Source: Hydrurus foetidus
Taxonomy: Eukaryota
Reading direction: 5' to 3'
Length of the DNA stretch: 58,449 nt
NCBI GenBank assembly: GCA_900617105.1
Contig: UYFQ01000820.1
Coordinates: forward strand, 1-58,449
Below, piece by piece: positions 19,501 through 32,062 of the stretch (positions are counted from its first letter, which is position 1; the number at the start of each line of letters is the position of its first letter). The position numbers and the translations under genes were made by a program. Under the pieces are notes generated by a model. That model searched no databases. It was not told where the DNA came from and worked only from the letters and a program-made list of their open reading frames with translations.

Positions 19501-22500
19501 AGGAGAGTGCAACGTCACGAGAGACAATGTCAAGGCACGTACATCATCTTCTCATACTCTACCATGTGCATTCAATTGTACTTACACTCTTACAGTCTTT
19601 AACAATGCCGCAACTTGTAGCAGTCATTTATACAGACATGATATTGCATGGTATGACATGGTACAATGTGGTATGGTGTGATGTTATATGAAACACTTGC
19701 ATCTCAAGGGATGTGTGTAATTGCTTATCCACTTTCAATCTGGACCTAACCCCTATACACGACAATTTACACACACTAACTGTACAGTACGTTACCAGTT
19801 CTCAGTACGGTACAGAAAGCGTGTGTGAATTGTCGTTTTTAGGGGTGGGTCCAGATTAAAAGTGGATCAGCAATTAAATATGTCCCTTGATCTCATTATC
19901 TCATCATCTTCAAATCTCAGATCGTCTAATTATCTAATTCAGCATCTAATTTTCTATCGTACCACCTATTGTATGTTTCTAACTTTCCAAGCTTTGCACC
20001 GCCTGACATTTCTCTTGAGGTCCACCTAACATAGTACTATATCATGTCACATAACTCTTTTTTTCTCAACCCTTAACCCCAACCATATCCTTTTTCTTCT
20101 TTCCTAAAATCGTATCCTACCATATCCGTTTTTCTCGCTCCCTCCGACTACTTCTTTACAAATAACATCATAACATGTCATCTTTCTCTTTCACTCCCAA
20201 CTCTACACCTCATTCCTGCCTCTTGTTCCCTCACATCATTTCATAATGTATCATATCATATGTCACTCCTTTTTCTCGGTAGGTGTTCTCCATCGATGGC
20301 AGCAGTTCTCTCACAGAGACGATGAACAATCTTATTCAAAAGAGTCTACAAGGTAATATGACATAAAGTATTGTAACGATGGTCATTGTATTAGTCACCT
20401 AGTGCACTTTACAGTCTCATAAACTGTCTTCAAATGTAATAAATGTTACGCTATGATTGTCAGAGTAACATATCACGTAGTTGCACTTTACTGCTCCATA
20501 CACTGTCTTATACGCTGGCCCTCTATGTTTCAGTTTTCACCACTCAAATTCCACTACCACGCATCTCTGTAATGCACTTTACCTTTACTCCGCCTTAACT
20601 TTTATTTTTCACTTGAGATAATTTAATCCTTGACTACTATACTATACTATACTTCACTATACTATACCATACTATACTTCACTATACTATACTTCACTAT
20701 ACCATACTATACTATACTACACTATACTATACTATACTATACTAAACCTTTTTTCTTCTTATTTGACCTGTCCTATAATCTACTTTTCTTTCTTCGCCTT
20801 GCACCTCAAATTTTCTTCATCATTTATTGTGCTGTACTTTTCTTCGCTACACTTTACTTTACTTTACTGTACCCTATTCCACTATACTTTACCTTGCCTG
20901 TCACTTTCTTCTCCAATCCTTACAGCCGAGGCACACCCTAAGCTTCGTGAAGGGTCGATGTGGAGGTACTTCAACTACGCGGCATCCAACATTAAAGGTC
21001 AGCCAGTCTCTGTCCCATACGATAATCCGTCAAAGTCTCCACTGATACTTTATCCCTTGATTGTTTTGCATTTGTAGTGTCGACAAGAGTTTCACTTATT
21101 CCTCCTCCTCCATCTCTTCTCTACTCTTCTTTTTTCCTCTCTTCTCTTTTCCTCTCTTTTCTTCTCTTTTCCTCTCTCCTCTTTTCTTCTCTTCTCTTCT
21201 CTTCTCTCTCTCCTCTCTTTTCTTCTCTTCTCTTTTCTTCTCTTCTCTTTTCCTCTCTTTTCTTCTCTTCTCTTCTCTTTTCCTCTCTTCTCTTCTCTTT
21301 CCTCTTCTTCTCTTCTCTTTTCCTCTCTTCTCTTCTCTTCTCTTTTCCTCTTTTCTCTTCTCTACTCTTCTTCTCCATCCGCTTTCTCGCATGTATATTT
21401 TTTGCACTCTTATCACTCTTCCACCTGTTGCATTTTCTTGTGCTTGAAATGCTTCAAACCTTCTTTTGTCTTTCAAGCAGTTCCATTCTACCTTCTGTAC
21501 ACGTTTTCATACTTACGTATTTCTTTCTCTGATTACGCTTAATATCCTTTCATCTATCTACCTTTCTTCCTCCGATTCTTTTCCCCATCACTCGTGCTCT
21601 AGTCACCGTTTTTTCTTCACATTTCTCTTTTCTTCTCTTCTTCTTTTCTTCTCTTCTTCTCTTCACTTCACATATATCTCGTGTCCTTCTTACTCTGTAC
21701 ATTTCTCTTCTCTTCTTCTTGTTCTAGGAACAGTACGATTTACAAAACAAGGAAAAGGACAGCTACAGGGAGCCGGGTATGAAGGCGGAAAAATAAGGTA
21801 AACGCGGCTAAATACGACTGAAAATATTCTCTTTATTTTGTGTATCTGCTTTCCCACAGATATTTTGTTCATGTCATAAAGAAAGAAAAAGCGAGTTGTG
21901 AATTAATGTTCGTCTTGAATCATCGTAGTAACAGGAGAAGATGCAATCTACGCAAACTCAAATCACCTTAACTCTCACCCTAACCATATAGCAAACATAC
22001 GCTACGATATATAAATTTCATTAGCTGAATGGATTATGACACCACCTTCTAATAAAATAACATGAAATAACATAACATGAAATAACATAACATGACAAAC
22101 AGGCTAACTGCAGGGGAGGATACGGAAGAAGTAAACATGATCAGTATAACGGATTTCATAAAGGAACAGGGCATACCTCATCTTGATCTTCTCAAAATAG
22201 ACGCGGAGGGGAATGATGATAAGGTGCGCACTAGTCTTGTCTACTTTTTTCTTGTCATATACCATCTCATGTTGTTTTGTCTCGTCTTTTTTTATCCTGT
22301 CTTGTCTTTTATCGTCTTTTGCTGCTTCGTGAATGTAAAAGAGGAGGGGAGCGGAGGAGTGTAGATGTCATGTAATTGAGGAGGGGAGCGGAGGAGTGTA
22401 GATGTCTTGTAAAAGAGGAGGGGAGCGGAGGAGTGTAGATGTTATGTAAAAGGGAGGAAGGTGTAGATGTTATGTAATGTAGATGTCATGTAAGTGGAGG

Positions 22501-24183
22501 AGGGGAGCGGAGGAGTGTAGATGTCTTGTAAGGGGAGGAGGGGAGCGGAGGAGTGTAGATGTCTTGTAAGGGGAGGAGGGGAGGGGAGAGGCTTACAGAG
22601 GATGTGTTCAGGGAAGGGATGAGAGGGATTGGGATAGAGGGGAACGGAAGTAATCGGATGGGATGTGATGACTTCATTTGACCGCAGCGTCTCTGATCAA
22701 TTTTTTGTTTCTGCATCTCATCTATGCATTTGATGTCAACTTCTCTATCTTGTTATTTGATTTCTTCTTATTGTTCCATTTATCTATACATTCCCACTAC
22801 CTATCATTCAATTCTCCTCTATCTCCTTTTCTAAACCTTCCTTTCCTCCTCATTCATCCATCCATTCACTCTTATCCATACATCTATTCCTCTCATCCTA
22901 AGCACTCCAATATTCTTTCTGTATTTTACATTAAATTGTAAGGTAATATTGGGTGCTACTCAAGCGATAGATGAGGACCTTGGACTTTTCACATTCGAGG
23001 GCAATGGCGTATCTCTGTCAAAGAAAATGATATTGGAGTATGATACAAAGGGATATTCGTGTTATTCAACTTCAAGGGCTGGATTGTTCAAGGTGAGATG
23101 AATTGATGAATCGATGGACGAGTGCAAGGCATCCCCTCTCTCTCTCCTTTCTCCTCTCTTCTCCCTTCCCTTGCTCCTCCTCATTCACCTCTTTCTCCAC
23201 CCTCTCTTTTCTCCTCATCCCGCGAATCAGTCTATTTTGTCCCTCCTTCTCACCTCTCCCAATCTCCTTATCGCCTCCATCTCTCCTCTCCCACTCTCTT
23301 TATCGCCTCCATCTCTCCTCTCCCACTCTCTTCATCGCCTCCATCTCTCCTCTCCCACTCTCTTCATCGCCTCCATCTCTCCTCTCCCACTCTCTTCATC
23401 GCCTCCATCTCTCCTCTCCCACTCTCTTCATGGCCTCCATCTCTCCTCTCCCACTCTCTTCATCGCCTCCATCTTTCCTCTTTATTCTATCGACCTCTCT
23501 GTCCCTAACAATTCCATCATCTCCCTCACTCATCCCTCTCATGATATAATAGTGGAACGGAGAGTGCATGAAAGATTCGGGGTCATACTCTAAAAGAGAA
23601 AAAGGTAAGATATTTTACTATCATTCACCACCAATTTTTTCAATGATCTTATTCTGACATAGCATATTGTAATATTTGCAACTTACTTTTAGCACTTAAT
23701 GAATAGACCAGGAACACTTTATTTGAACTGTGATGAATATTATATGTTGTCACCAACATATTTCTGATTGACAATTAGTAACACAGTAATTACAATATCT
23801 TAAGGTTTTCAATGATGATTGATCTAATCTGTTTGTTATCATAAATGATAGTTACATTTGTATTTAAAATCAACACAGGAAATGTGTTCTGTGCGAATCG
23901 TCATAGAGTGCCAGGTGTAACACTTTTATTCGATGTGCTGAGTTTTCCGTACATGATGAGGGAAGTGGGAGTAGGTGCATCGCAGACGGGATCGGATGAA
24001 AGAAAATCTAGCATACCTGCTAACACACACGCACTAAAAGAGAAACATACATCACAAAGCGCACAAGACGCGCAATCAGTGGACATTAAAAAGGACCCAT
24101 CTCTACAACGCGTGATCGTCAGCTCTTACATAAATGTAAAAAAATATTGCAAGCCGTGGCCTTCCTGCATAGCCCGCCTCTAA
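16548..24183 (+). CDS. Multi-exon FkbM-family (Methyltransf_21) SAM-dependent methyltransferase; 5' exons uncertain
   Basis: Short splice-site-bounded exons translate to NIIDVGANKG (~18234-18290), YLGSLFLSLWG (~18768-18859), VFSIDGS (20283-20352), WRYFNYAASN, LDLLKIDAEGNDDK (~22103-22223), GYSCYSTSRAGLFK, WNGEC, GNVFCANR (last exon, to 24183). Confidence 0.75.
19705..19889. mobile_element. Fold-back MITE-like element in an intron
   Basis: Long imperfect inverted arms, termini CAAGGG...CCCTTG, flanked by direct repeat ATCT (19701-19704, 19890-19893). Confidence 0.7.
20632..20745 (+). repeat. (ACTAT)n-like intronic microsatellite
   Basis: Visible pentamer repeats. Confidence 0.85.
21100..21375 (+). 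repeat. Polypyrimidine (TCTTC)n-like intronic tract
   Basis: Almost purely C/T pentamer repeats. Confidence 0.85.
22340..22590 (+). repeat. Intronic minisatellite, unit about 35 bp
   Basis: GAGGAGGGGAGCGGAGGAGTGTAGATGT repeated about 5-6 times. Confidence 0.85.
23271..23475 (+). repeat. Intronic 32-bp minisatellite
   Basis: TCGCCTCCATCTCTCCTCTCCCACTCTCTTCA repeated about 6 times. Confidence 0.9.
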
Positions 24184-25073
24184 ATTCGCAAAAAAAAAGA
24201 CGAAAAGCGATCAGAAAGAATAAATGAAAGAAAGAGTGAATGAATGAAGAAGAAAGAAGAAGATTATACCGTGAAAATAAAATTCGGTCGAAATTATATC
24301 CGTACAAAATTGAAGGTTACGCAACCAGGTGGTACTTTTGTAAAATACTTACACGAAGCATTTACACGTAGTTACACACACCACACGCAATTGCTCTCGA
24401 ATATCCGACTTTTAATAGTGTTATATTATGACCTGTTGGCCGGTTATGTCATCCGTAGTCCTGCTGAATATACCGCATACCGTAAGATGGCCCGTATAAT
24501 GGGCCATTCCGGTATAATTCCTTTACATAGTTATCATCGCACTGTCACGATCAGCTCGATGCCTTCATCGAATTAGATGAAAATCTTCAGACAATATGCT
24601 GCCACTTCATAATTAAAATGACAATTGAGAGCTCTCTTCGTAAGTACGTCCAAGGTACCGTCCGTCCGTTTAAACACACTTTCACCGTACACTGAAAAGA
24701 ATGTCTTTCAAAACAGTGTCCTTAGGCTCTGGTCTAGTCTGAGTTATCTCTTTCTAATCTACGAGACATTAGTTTACTGCTAATGTCTAATGTCTGAATG
24801 ATATCTGCAGAACAGTCTCCTTCGCTCTATACTGAGAATGCAGTTCAACTTGAAGAAACACGAATAATCATGGTTTATTATGTATTCTGCAAGATGTGTT
24901 ACTTCAAAAAGTGTCCTGTCAAATGCAGTCTTCTCTTCTCTGCTGATTGCTGATCACTGATCACTTCTTTCCCAGCTAGGGTTTCAAATAATAGCGATAC
25001 GGCATCAGCATTTCTTTCTATGTACTAGAAACGGAGCAGCCGCAGCCATCACCTTCACCTTGGTCACACCAGC

Positions 25074-27707
25074 ATGACGACAGATGTCCAAGATTCCAAG
25101 AAACAGAGCGAATTGAATGTCTCTGATTCCAGTGGTTCACTGCTGTCTTTGTTGTGCGAGCAATTGTCCAATGGTGAAGTAGCGGATATGGCGAGTAATA
25201 TCGAGGAGAAATTGGCACAACACCGTGATGTAGCAAGTTCAGTGTTGGATAATATTTTCGCTGATCTCCGAAAGGATTGCAGTGAGATAATAGCTGAGCA
25301 GATCAAATGCGACGCATACTCCAGAAAGGTCGCAAGATACTGCGATAGCAAGGAGAACGATCAAACAAGAAGCTTTATTTTAAAGTTGAATGTCGGGGGA
25401 CGAAACTTCGATGTAAGTGAGAGCTCGATTCCCCGTTCAGAACCTGAGCACAACATCCTCAGTATATTACTCTCGCTCAAATCGGCACGTCACTTCATAA
25501 GAGATGAAAGAGGCCGAATATTTCTGAATGTGAATCCCGATTGGTTCGAGGCGATCATCAACCCACTGCGCAGGCGACATGCTGTAAATTACTCGAAGCA
25601 ACCGATACCTAAAATCAACCCTGAGCATAGGACTGGATTTCATGCAACCATCCTGTACTACAATCTATTTGCAGCATTCATCGATAGCAATTTGCATCTA
25701 TCGACCGTATCCAATATCGAATGCATGAACAATCATGATTCTATGGCGCTTTTACATCCGTTCCTGGCGCCAGAGTTCTCAACGTGTAGCCAACCCCCAA
25801 AGATTGGACTGAATCTGCTGTATCGAGGAACACGCGATGGATTCGAGCCGACGAATTTCATGGATAAGTGTGGTGGAGGCATATGTGAAACAGTTTGCAT
25901 TGTGGAGGATACGAAGGGTAATGTTTTCGGGGGATTTGCGAAAACAGAATGGGAGAACAACACAACCAATAGTGGCGAATGCTTTTTGTTCACGATCAAA
26001 AATGTCCGAGGGCCAGCGGTGAAGGTAGATCTGAAGACATATTACAAAAACAATGTAGACGCTGGTGTCGAAGGACCAGTAACACTTTCATTCGGACAGC
26101 ACCTCCATATCAACGGACTCGCAGGAACGAGCTGCCAAACAAATTTTCCCCATGATGAAGATTCTGAGGACGACGAAGGCGTACTGTACCTATCGGGAGC
26201 TGATGTCGACTTCACTGTCCGCGAAATTGAGGTGTACAGTATGTCTTGTGCTTATCCCGATGCCAAACCGATATCGCTGTGTTGGGGCGGGATGTACGGT
26301 CCATTATTGTCTTCCATTCGGGATGCTTTGGGACACAGCGAGATCCGAACAAACCTCGTTTATCACTCTACACGGGATGGATTCGACTGCGGCAAATGCC
26401 ATGCTCTATACGATAACAAGCCCATGACATTGTTCATCATCAAGGACGACTCCGGAGAAACCTTTGCATGTTTTTGCGACTTTGCATGGCGCAGAGACAT
26501 GACACAAATCACCTCAAAGTCGGGATTCATTTGTACGCTGGGCGGCACACTTCCTTCTCAAGAAATGAAGCAAATGGAATCAGTGAAATTCAATCCACAC
26601 GTTCTGTGCTCATTTGGGGATTTATTATCAGTACTTACAGACCGCAGCATACTTCAACGAATTGTGCCTCAAGGCACAGCGCACAGCCCACACCCCATAA
26701 GAATAGCGATTGAAATTGCGGTGTTTGGAGTAACCGTTTGTGAGTCTGTAAAAGAGCCCGAGGAGAGGACGTTAATAGCGAGGTCTTTATTGGAGCACAA
26801 ACTGCAATCAGGTACCAACGCTATGCTAGAGGAAATCAAGGAACTGACCCACGATCTGAAAGGAAAACAAGCGAAACTGCTTACCGAGTTGCTATGGATC
26901 GAGCATTTGTCTCGACCACCTAAATCGAGGGATATTGAGATCGGTCTCCTGCGAGAATGGCTCGCAGTGTCAGAAGGTGTCAGAGCTCTTGGAGCGACGA
27001 GCTGCCGCGTGGCGATCATGGCGGAGATCGAAGCGGCAATGACTCGCGTCGAGATGCTTGTATCAGCGAGAAATGCTGACAGCGACGTATCAGCGAGAAG
27101 TGCTGAGAGCCACGTATCGACTGTGAAGAGTGAGGTCGAGGTGGAGCAAGACGAAGTCGTATCCTACAATGTAGGCGGGACCATCATCGCTGTGTTGAAG
27201 AGCACTCTGCTGCGCCAAGCACCTGACAGCACATTCGCCGCAAGGTTCTCTGGTCGGTGGGAAAAGGAGAATGCTCAGGACGATGTAGAGAGTGACGGCG
27301 CGATAAACTTGGTGCGCTCCCACTCTGCACCTTCCCTTCTCTTTTCTGACTGTAACTCTGATTATCTTCCTCGACTGGTTTTCGTACAACGCCTGCTAAC
27401 TTATACCCAACACCACTGATACAGTACGACGCGGATCCAGCCTGCTTCCGCCGCATCATATCTTACCTGCAGCTGAAGGACTTGCTGGGCAAACACGCAC
27501 CTGACTATGTACGAACCACATTATTTTCCAAGGAATAGAAGTGAAATATGACGTGGCACATGTGCATGATGCGAAATGGTTCGATATTTGACTTACTAAT
27601 TATGCCAATCTACAATGCAGATTCTGTCTCCCGAAGAATCCATGGAGGCTCTCGAAGAAATGCTTGATTTCTACTGCATGGGCGACGTAAAAGTTGTGAA
27701 GCAGTAA
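25074..27707 (+). CDS. BTB/POZ-TLDc-TLDc-BTB protein, copy A (exons 25074-27311, 27425-27508, 27621-27707)
   Basis: KCTD-type BTB LKLNVGGRNF..GRIFLNVNPDWF; TLDc LLYRGTRDGF..GNVFGGF and LVYHSTRDGF; second BTB YNVGGTII..RFSGRW completed by two in-phase GT-AG exons (DADPACFRRIISYL; LEEMLDFYCM). Confidence 0.85.
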
Positions 27708-28873
27708 AGCTCCAATAGCAAATACTGAAAGATGGTAATGCGAATTTATGATCGTAGTTAGCGAATATTGCGTGCGATACACACACGTGCGTACTGATTG
27801 TTTCTGTTCTGAAAACTTTTTGGAATTCACACACATGCGTACAATCCTGAGTGCTCATAAGTAATCAGCTCTAGCTTGTTGGTTGTAACTTGCACGGCTT
27901 GAGCTTATTTCCTGTGAGATAGTAGAGTACACTGATGCTAACCCCTACAAATCGACACCGAGAAAATTATCGCCATTTCCATGTACCACTTGGCGGACAC
28001 AACTTAAGACACTGGTACGTGGAAATAGCGATGACATTTTTAAGTTCTCACATGTTGCACGACTGGCTGGCTAACTGGCATACTGAAATTGCGTTGTCCC
28101 TTAAGTAGACTTCCTGGGACGAGGTGTCCATTTTGAGATTGTTTATTTTGTAATTATCCCTTTAATTATCCCTTTAAGTAACCAAATTCGATAGATTTTC
28201 TCACAGCTAGGAATGTTCGTATAATACAAGCAATAAAAAACGACTTGGAAATGTAAAACAATCGCATATCGAAAATAAAATACTCTCAAATACGCCTTCT
28301 TGAGCAGGCATAAAATATTTCGCCTGAAAATTCGCCTTCGTACTCACCACCCTCATAGAGTTTGTAGTTGTGTGTTATTTATCGCCCTAGGGGCTACCGT
28401 ACCGTATACAAAGCTACACGTAGTTCTTAGGAACTCGGAACTTCAAGGAACGATTTAATCCATGCAGTCTTCTTCTTTCTTCAACCGTTCTCTTTCTCTT
28501 GAAGAAGTTTTTTAAAAGTTGATTCGATCGATCACTTCCACCTTCCACGTGATAATTCACGTGGGGAAGCACGTGAATTATCACTGGGGAAGCACAGTAT
28601 ATATACGATAATTCGACTGAAAACTCGGCCGCGTACGAAAAGTCGCTCTCAAATTCGAGTCGAATACAATACTACACGAAATGATGATGTCGCTTTCTTG
28701 TGAGCTGATATTATCTGATATACTGTACTACCCTATGCGAGAGACAGAAACGCAGATACCTAGCAGGTAACAGAAGGAACACCTAAAGAGAGCAGATACA
28801 GTGCGGTTAGAGTGCGACAGTCGGCTGATCGCCTAAGTCCGATCTGAATCTCATCGAGTTGCAGATTTCGTCC

Positions 28874-31800
28874 ATGAAATCGTCAAACTCCTCTTCTCTA
28901 CCACCAGCTCTCTCCACAGTGAAGAAAAGAACTTGGGAGAGACGACTTGATGAGGCGAAGTTGAAACACCAACCAAAGTTGTGTGACTGGAAAAAGGACG
29001 GATTCTCAACTAGAAGAAGAAATGACTTCAAAATTCCGGGAGAAAACTTTTCAGATCAGATCCGCAACGTTTTGACATGTCCAGAAAGCGAGTGTAACAC
29101 AGGGGATAGCCGTGAAAGAGATGCCCATAAAAGGAAAAAACAAAGGAGGGAGAAAGATAAACTTCCTAGCGAGGGCTTAGGTAGCGGGAGGAATCTTGAC
29201 CGCAACAAACTTGGGGCTGCCGCTGATGTTCTCGGAGAATCAAACAATCGAAGACATACAGCAAACAGAAGCAGTAGCGGGGAACTAAGAGAAATAGATC
29301 GTATCTCATGCAAGAATGTAAATCCAGCTCAATTCATTGAGCACTACGAGACGAGACAAGGTTATGTGAGCACTTCTTCGGCATCAACATTTCTTCCTAT
29401 CGACTCGAAACGAAGCGGCTGCAGCGATCAACTACACCTTGGTCATTCCAGCATGACGACAGATGTCCAAAACTCCGACACACAGAGTGAAGTTCCTGTC
29501 TCCGACTCTAGCATTTCACTTCTGCACTTATTGTGCGAGCGACTGTGTACCGGCAAAGTAGCCGATATGGCGAGTAATATCGAGGAGAAATTGGCGGAAC
29601 ACCGTGATGTAGCAAGTTCAGTGTTGGATAATATTTTCGCTGATCTCCGAAAGGATTGCAGTGAGATAATAGCTGAGCAGATCAAATGCGACGCATACGC
29701 CAGAAAGGTCGCAAGATACTGCGATAACAAGGAGAACGATCAAACAAGAAGCTTTGTTTTAAAGTTGAATGTCGGGGGACGAAACTTCGATGTAAGTGAG
29801 AGCTCGATTCCCCGTTCAGAACCTGAGCACAACATCCTCAGCATTTTACTCTCGTTCGAACCAGCACGTCACTTCGTAAGAGATGAAAGAGGCCGAATAT
29901 TTCTGAATGTGAATCCCGATTGGTTCGAGGCGATCATCAACCCACTGCGCAGGCGACATGCTGTAAATTACTCGAAGCAACCGATACCTAAAATCAACCC
30001 TGAGCATAGGACTGGATTTCATGCAACCATCCTGTACTACAATCTATTTGCAGCATTCATCGATAGCAATTTGCATCTATCGACCGTATCCAATATCGAA
30101 TGCATGAACAATCATGATTCTATGGCGCTTTTGCATCCGTTCCTGGCGCCAGAGTTCTCAACGTGTAGCCAATCCCCAAAGATTGGACTGAATCTGCTGT
30201 ATCGAGGAACACGCGATGGATTCGAGCCGACGAATTTCATGGATAAGTGTGGTGGAGGCATATGTGAGACAGTTTGCGTTGTGGAGGATACGAAGGGTAA
30301 TGTTTTCGGGGGATTTGCGAAAACAGAATGGGAGAACAACACAACCAATAGTGGCGAATGCTTTTTGTTCACGATCAAAAATGTTCGAGGGCCAGCGGTG
30401 AAGGTAGATCTGAAGACATATTACAAAAACAATGTAGACGCTGGTGTCGAAGGACCAGTAACACTTTCATTCGGACAGCACCTCCATATCAACGGACTCG
30501 CAGGAACGAGCTGCCCAGCAAATGCTCCCCTCAATAAAGATTTAGAGCTCTGCAGTGGCGAACTGTACCTATCGGGAGCTGATGCCGACTTCACTGTCCG
30601 CGAAATTGAGGTGTACAGTATGTCTTGTGCTTATCCCGATGCCAAACCGATATCGCTGTGTTGGGGCGGGATGTACGGTCCATTATTGTCTTCCATTCGG
30701 GATGCTTTGGGACACAGCGAGATCCGAACAAACCTCGTTTATCACTCTACACGGGATGGATTCGACTGCGGCAAATGCCATGCTCTATACGATAACAAGC
30801 CCATGACATTGTTCATCATCAAGGACGACTCCGGAGAAACCTTTGCATGTTTTTGCGACTTCGCATGGCGCAGAGACATGACACAAATCACCTCAAAGTC
30901 GGGATTCATTTGTACGCTGGGCGGCACACTTCCTTCCCAAGAAATGAAGCAAATGGAATCAGTGAAATTCAATCCACACGTTCTGTGCTCATTTGGGGAT
31001 TTATTATCAGTACTTACAGACCGCAGCATACTTCAACGAATTGTGCCTCAAGGCACAGAGCACAGCCCACACCCCATAAGAATAGCGATTGAAATTGCGG
31101 TGTTCGAAGTAACCGTTTGTGAGTCTGTAAAAGAGCCCGAGGAGCGGACATTAATAGCGAGGTCTTTATTGGAGCACAAACTGCAATCAGGTACCAACGT
31201 TATGCTAGAGGAAATCAAGGAACTGACCCACGATCTGAAAGGAAAACAAGCGAAACTGCTTACCGAGTTGCTATGGATCGAGCATTTGTCTCGACCACCT
31301 AAATCGAGGGATATTGAGATCGGTCTCCTGCGGGAATGGCTCGCAGTGTCCGAAGGTGTCAGAGCTCTTGGAGCGACGAGCTGCCGCATGGCGATCATGG
31401 CGGAGATCGAAGCAGCAATGACTCGCGTCGAGACGCTTGTATCAGCGAGAAGTGGTGAGAGCCACGTATCGACTGTGAAGAGTGAGATCGAGGTGGAGCA
31501 AGACGAAGTCGTATCCTACAATGTAGGCGGGACCATCATCGCTGTGTTGAAGAGCACTCTGCTGCGCCAAGCACCTGACAGCACATTCGCCGCAAGGTTC
31601 TCTGGTCGGTGGGGGGAAAAGGAGAATGCTCAGGACGATGCAGAGAGTGACGGCGCGATAAACTTGGTGCGCTCCCACTCTGCACCTTCCCTCCTCTGTT
31701 CTGACTGTAACTCTGACTATCTTCCTCGACTGGTTTTCGTACAACGCCTGCTAACTTATACCCAACACCACTGATACAGTACGACGCGGATCCAGCCTGC

Positions 31801-32062
31801 TTCCGCCGCATCATATCTTACCTGCAGCTGAAGGACTTGCTGGGCAAACACGCACCTGACTATGTACGAACCACATTCCTTTCCAAGGAATAGAAGTGAA
31901 ATATGACGTGGCACATGTGCATGATGCGAAATGATTCGATATTTGACTTACTAATTATGCCAATCTACAATGCAGATTCTGTCTCCCGAAGAATCCATGG
32001 AGGCTCTCGAAGAAATGCTTGATTTCTACTGCATGGGCGACGTAAAAGTTGTGAAGCAGTAA
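28874..32062 (+). CDS. Chimeric ORF: JMJD6 N-terminus fused in frame to BTB-TLDc copy B (exons 28874-31666, 31780-31863, 31976-32062; internal ATG 29453)
   Basis: 28874-29357 is nearly identical to 33274-33757; from 29453 it parallels copy A; no stop across the junction. Confidence 0.8.

Noticed and set aside
22340..23475. CRISPR-like arrays of 32-35 bp repeats
   Set aside because: Head-to-tail minisatellites without unique spacers, in eukaryotic introns, with no cas genes.
21061..23593. Low-complexity ORFs (SLLF, EKRRE, SPPSL repeats)
   Set aside because: Translations of intronic simple repeats.
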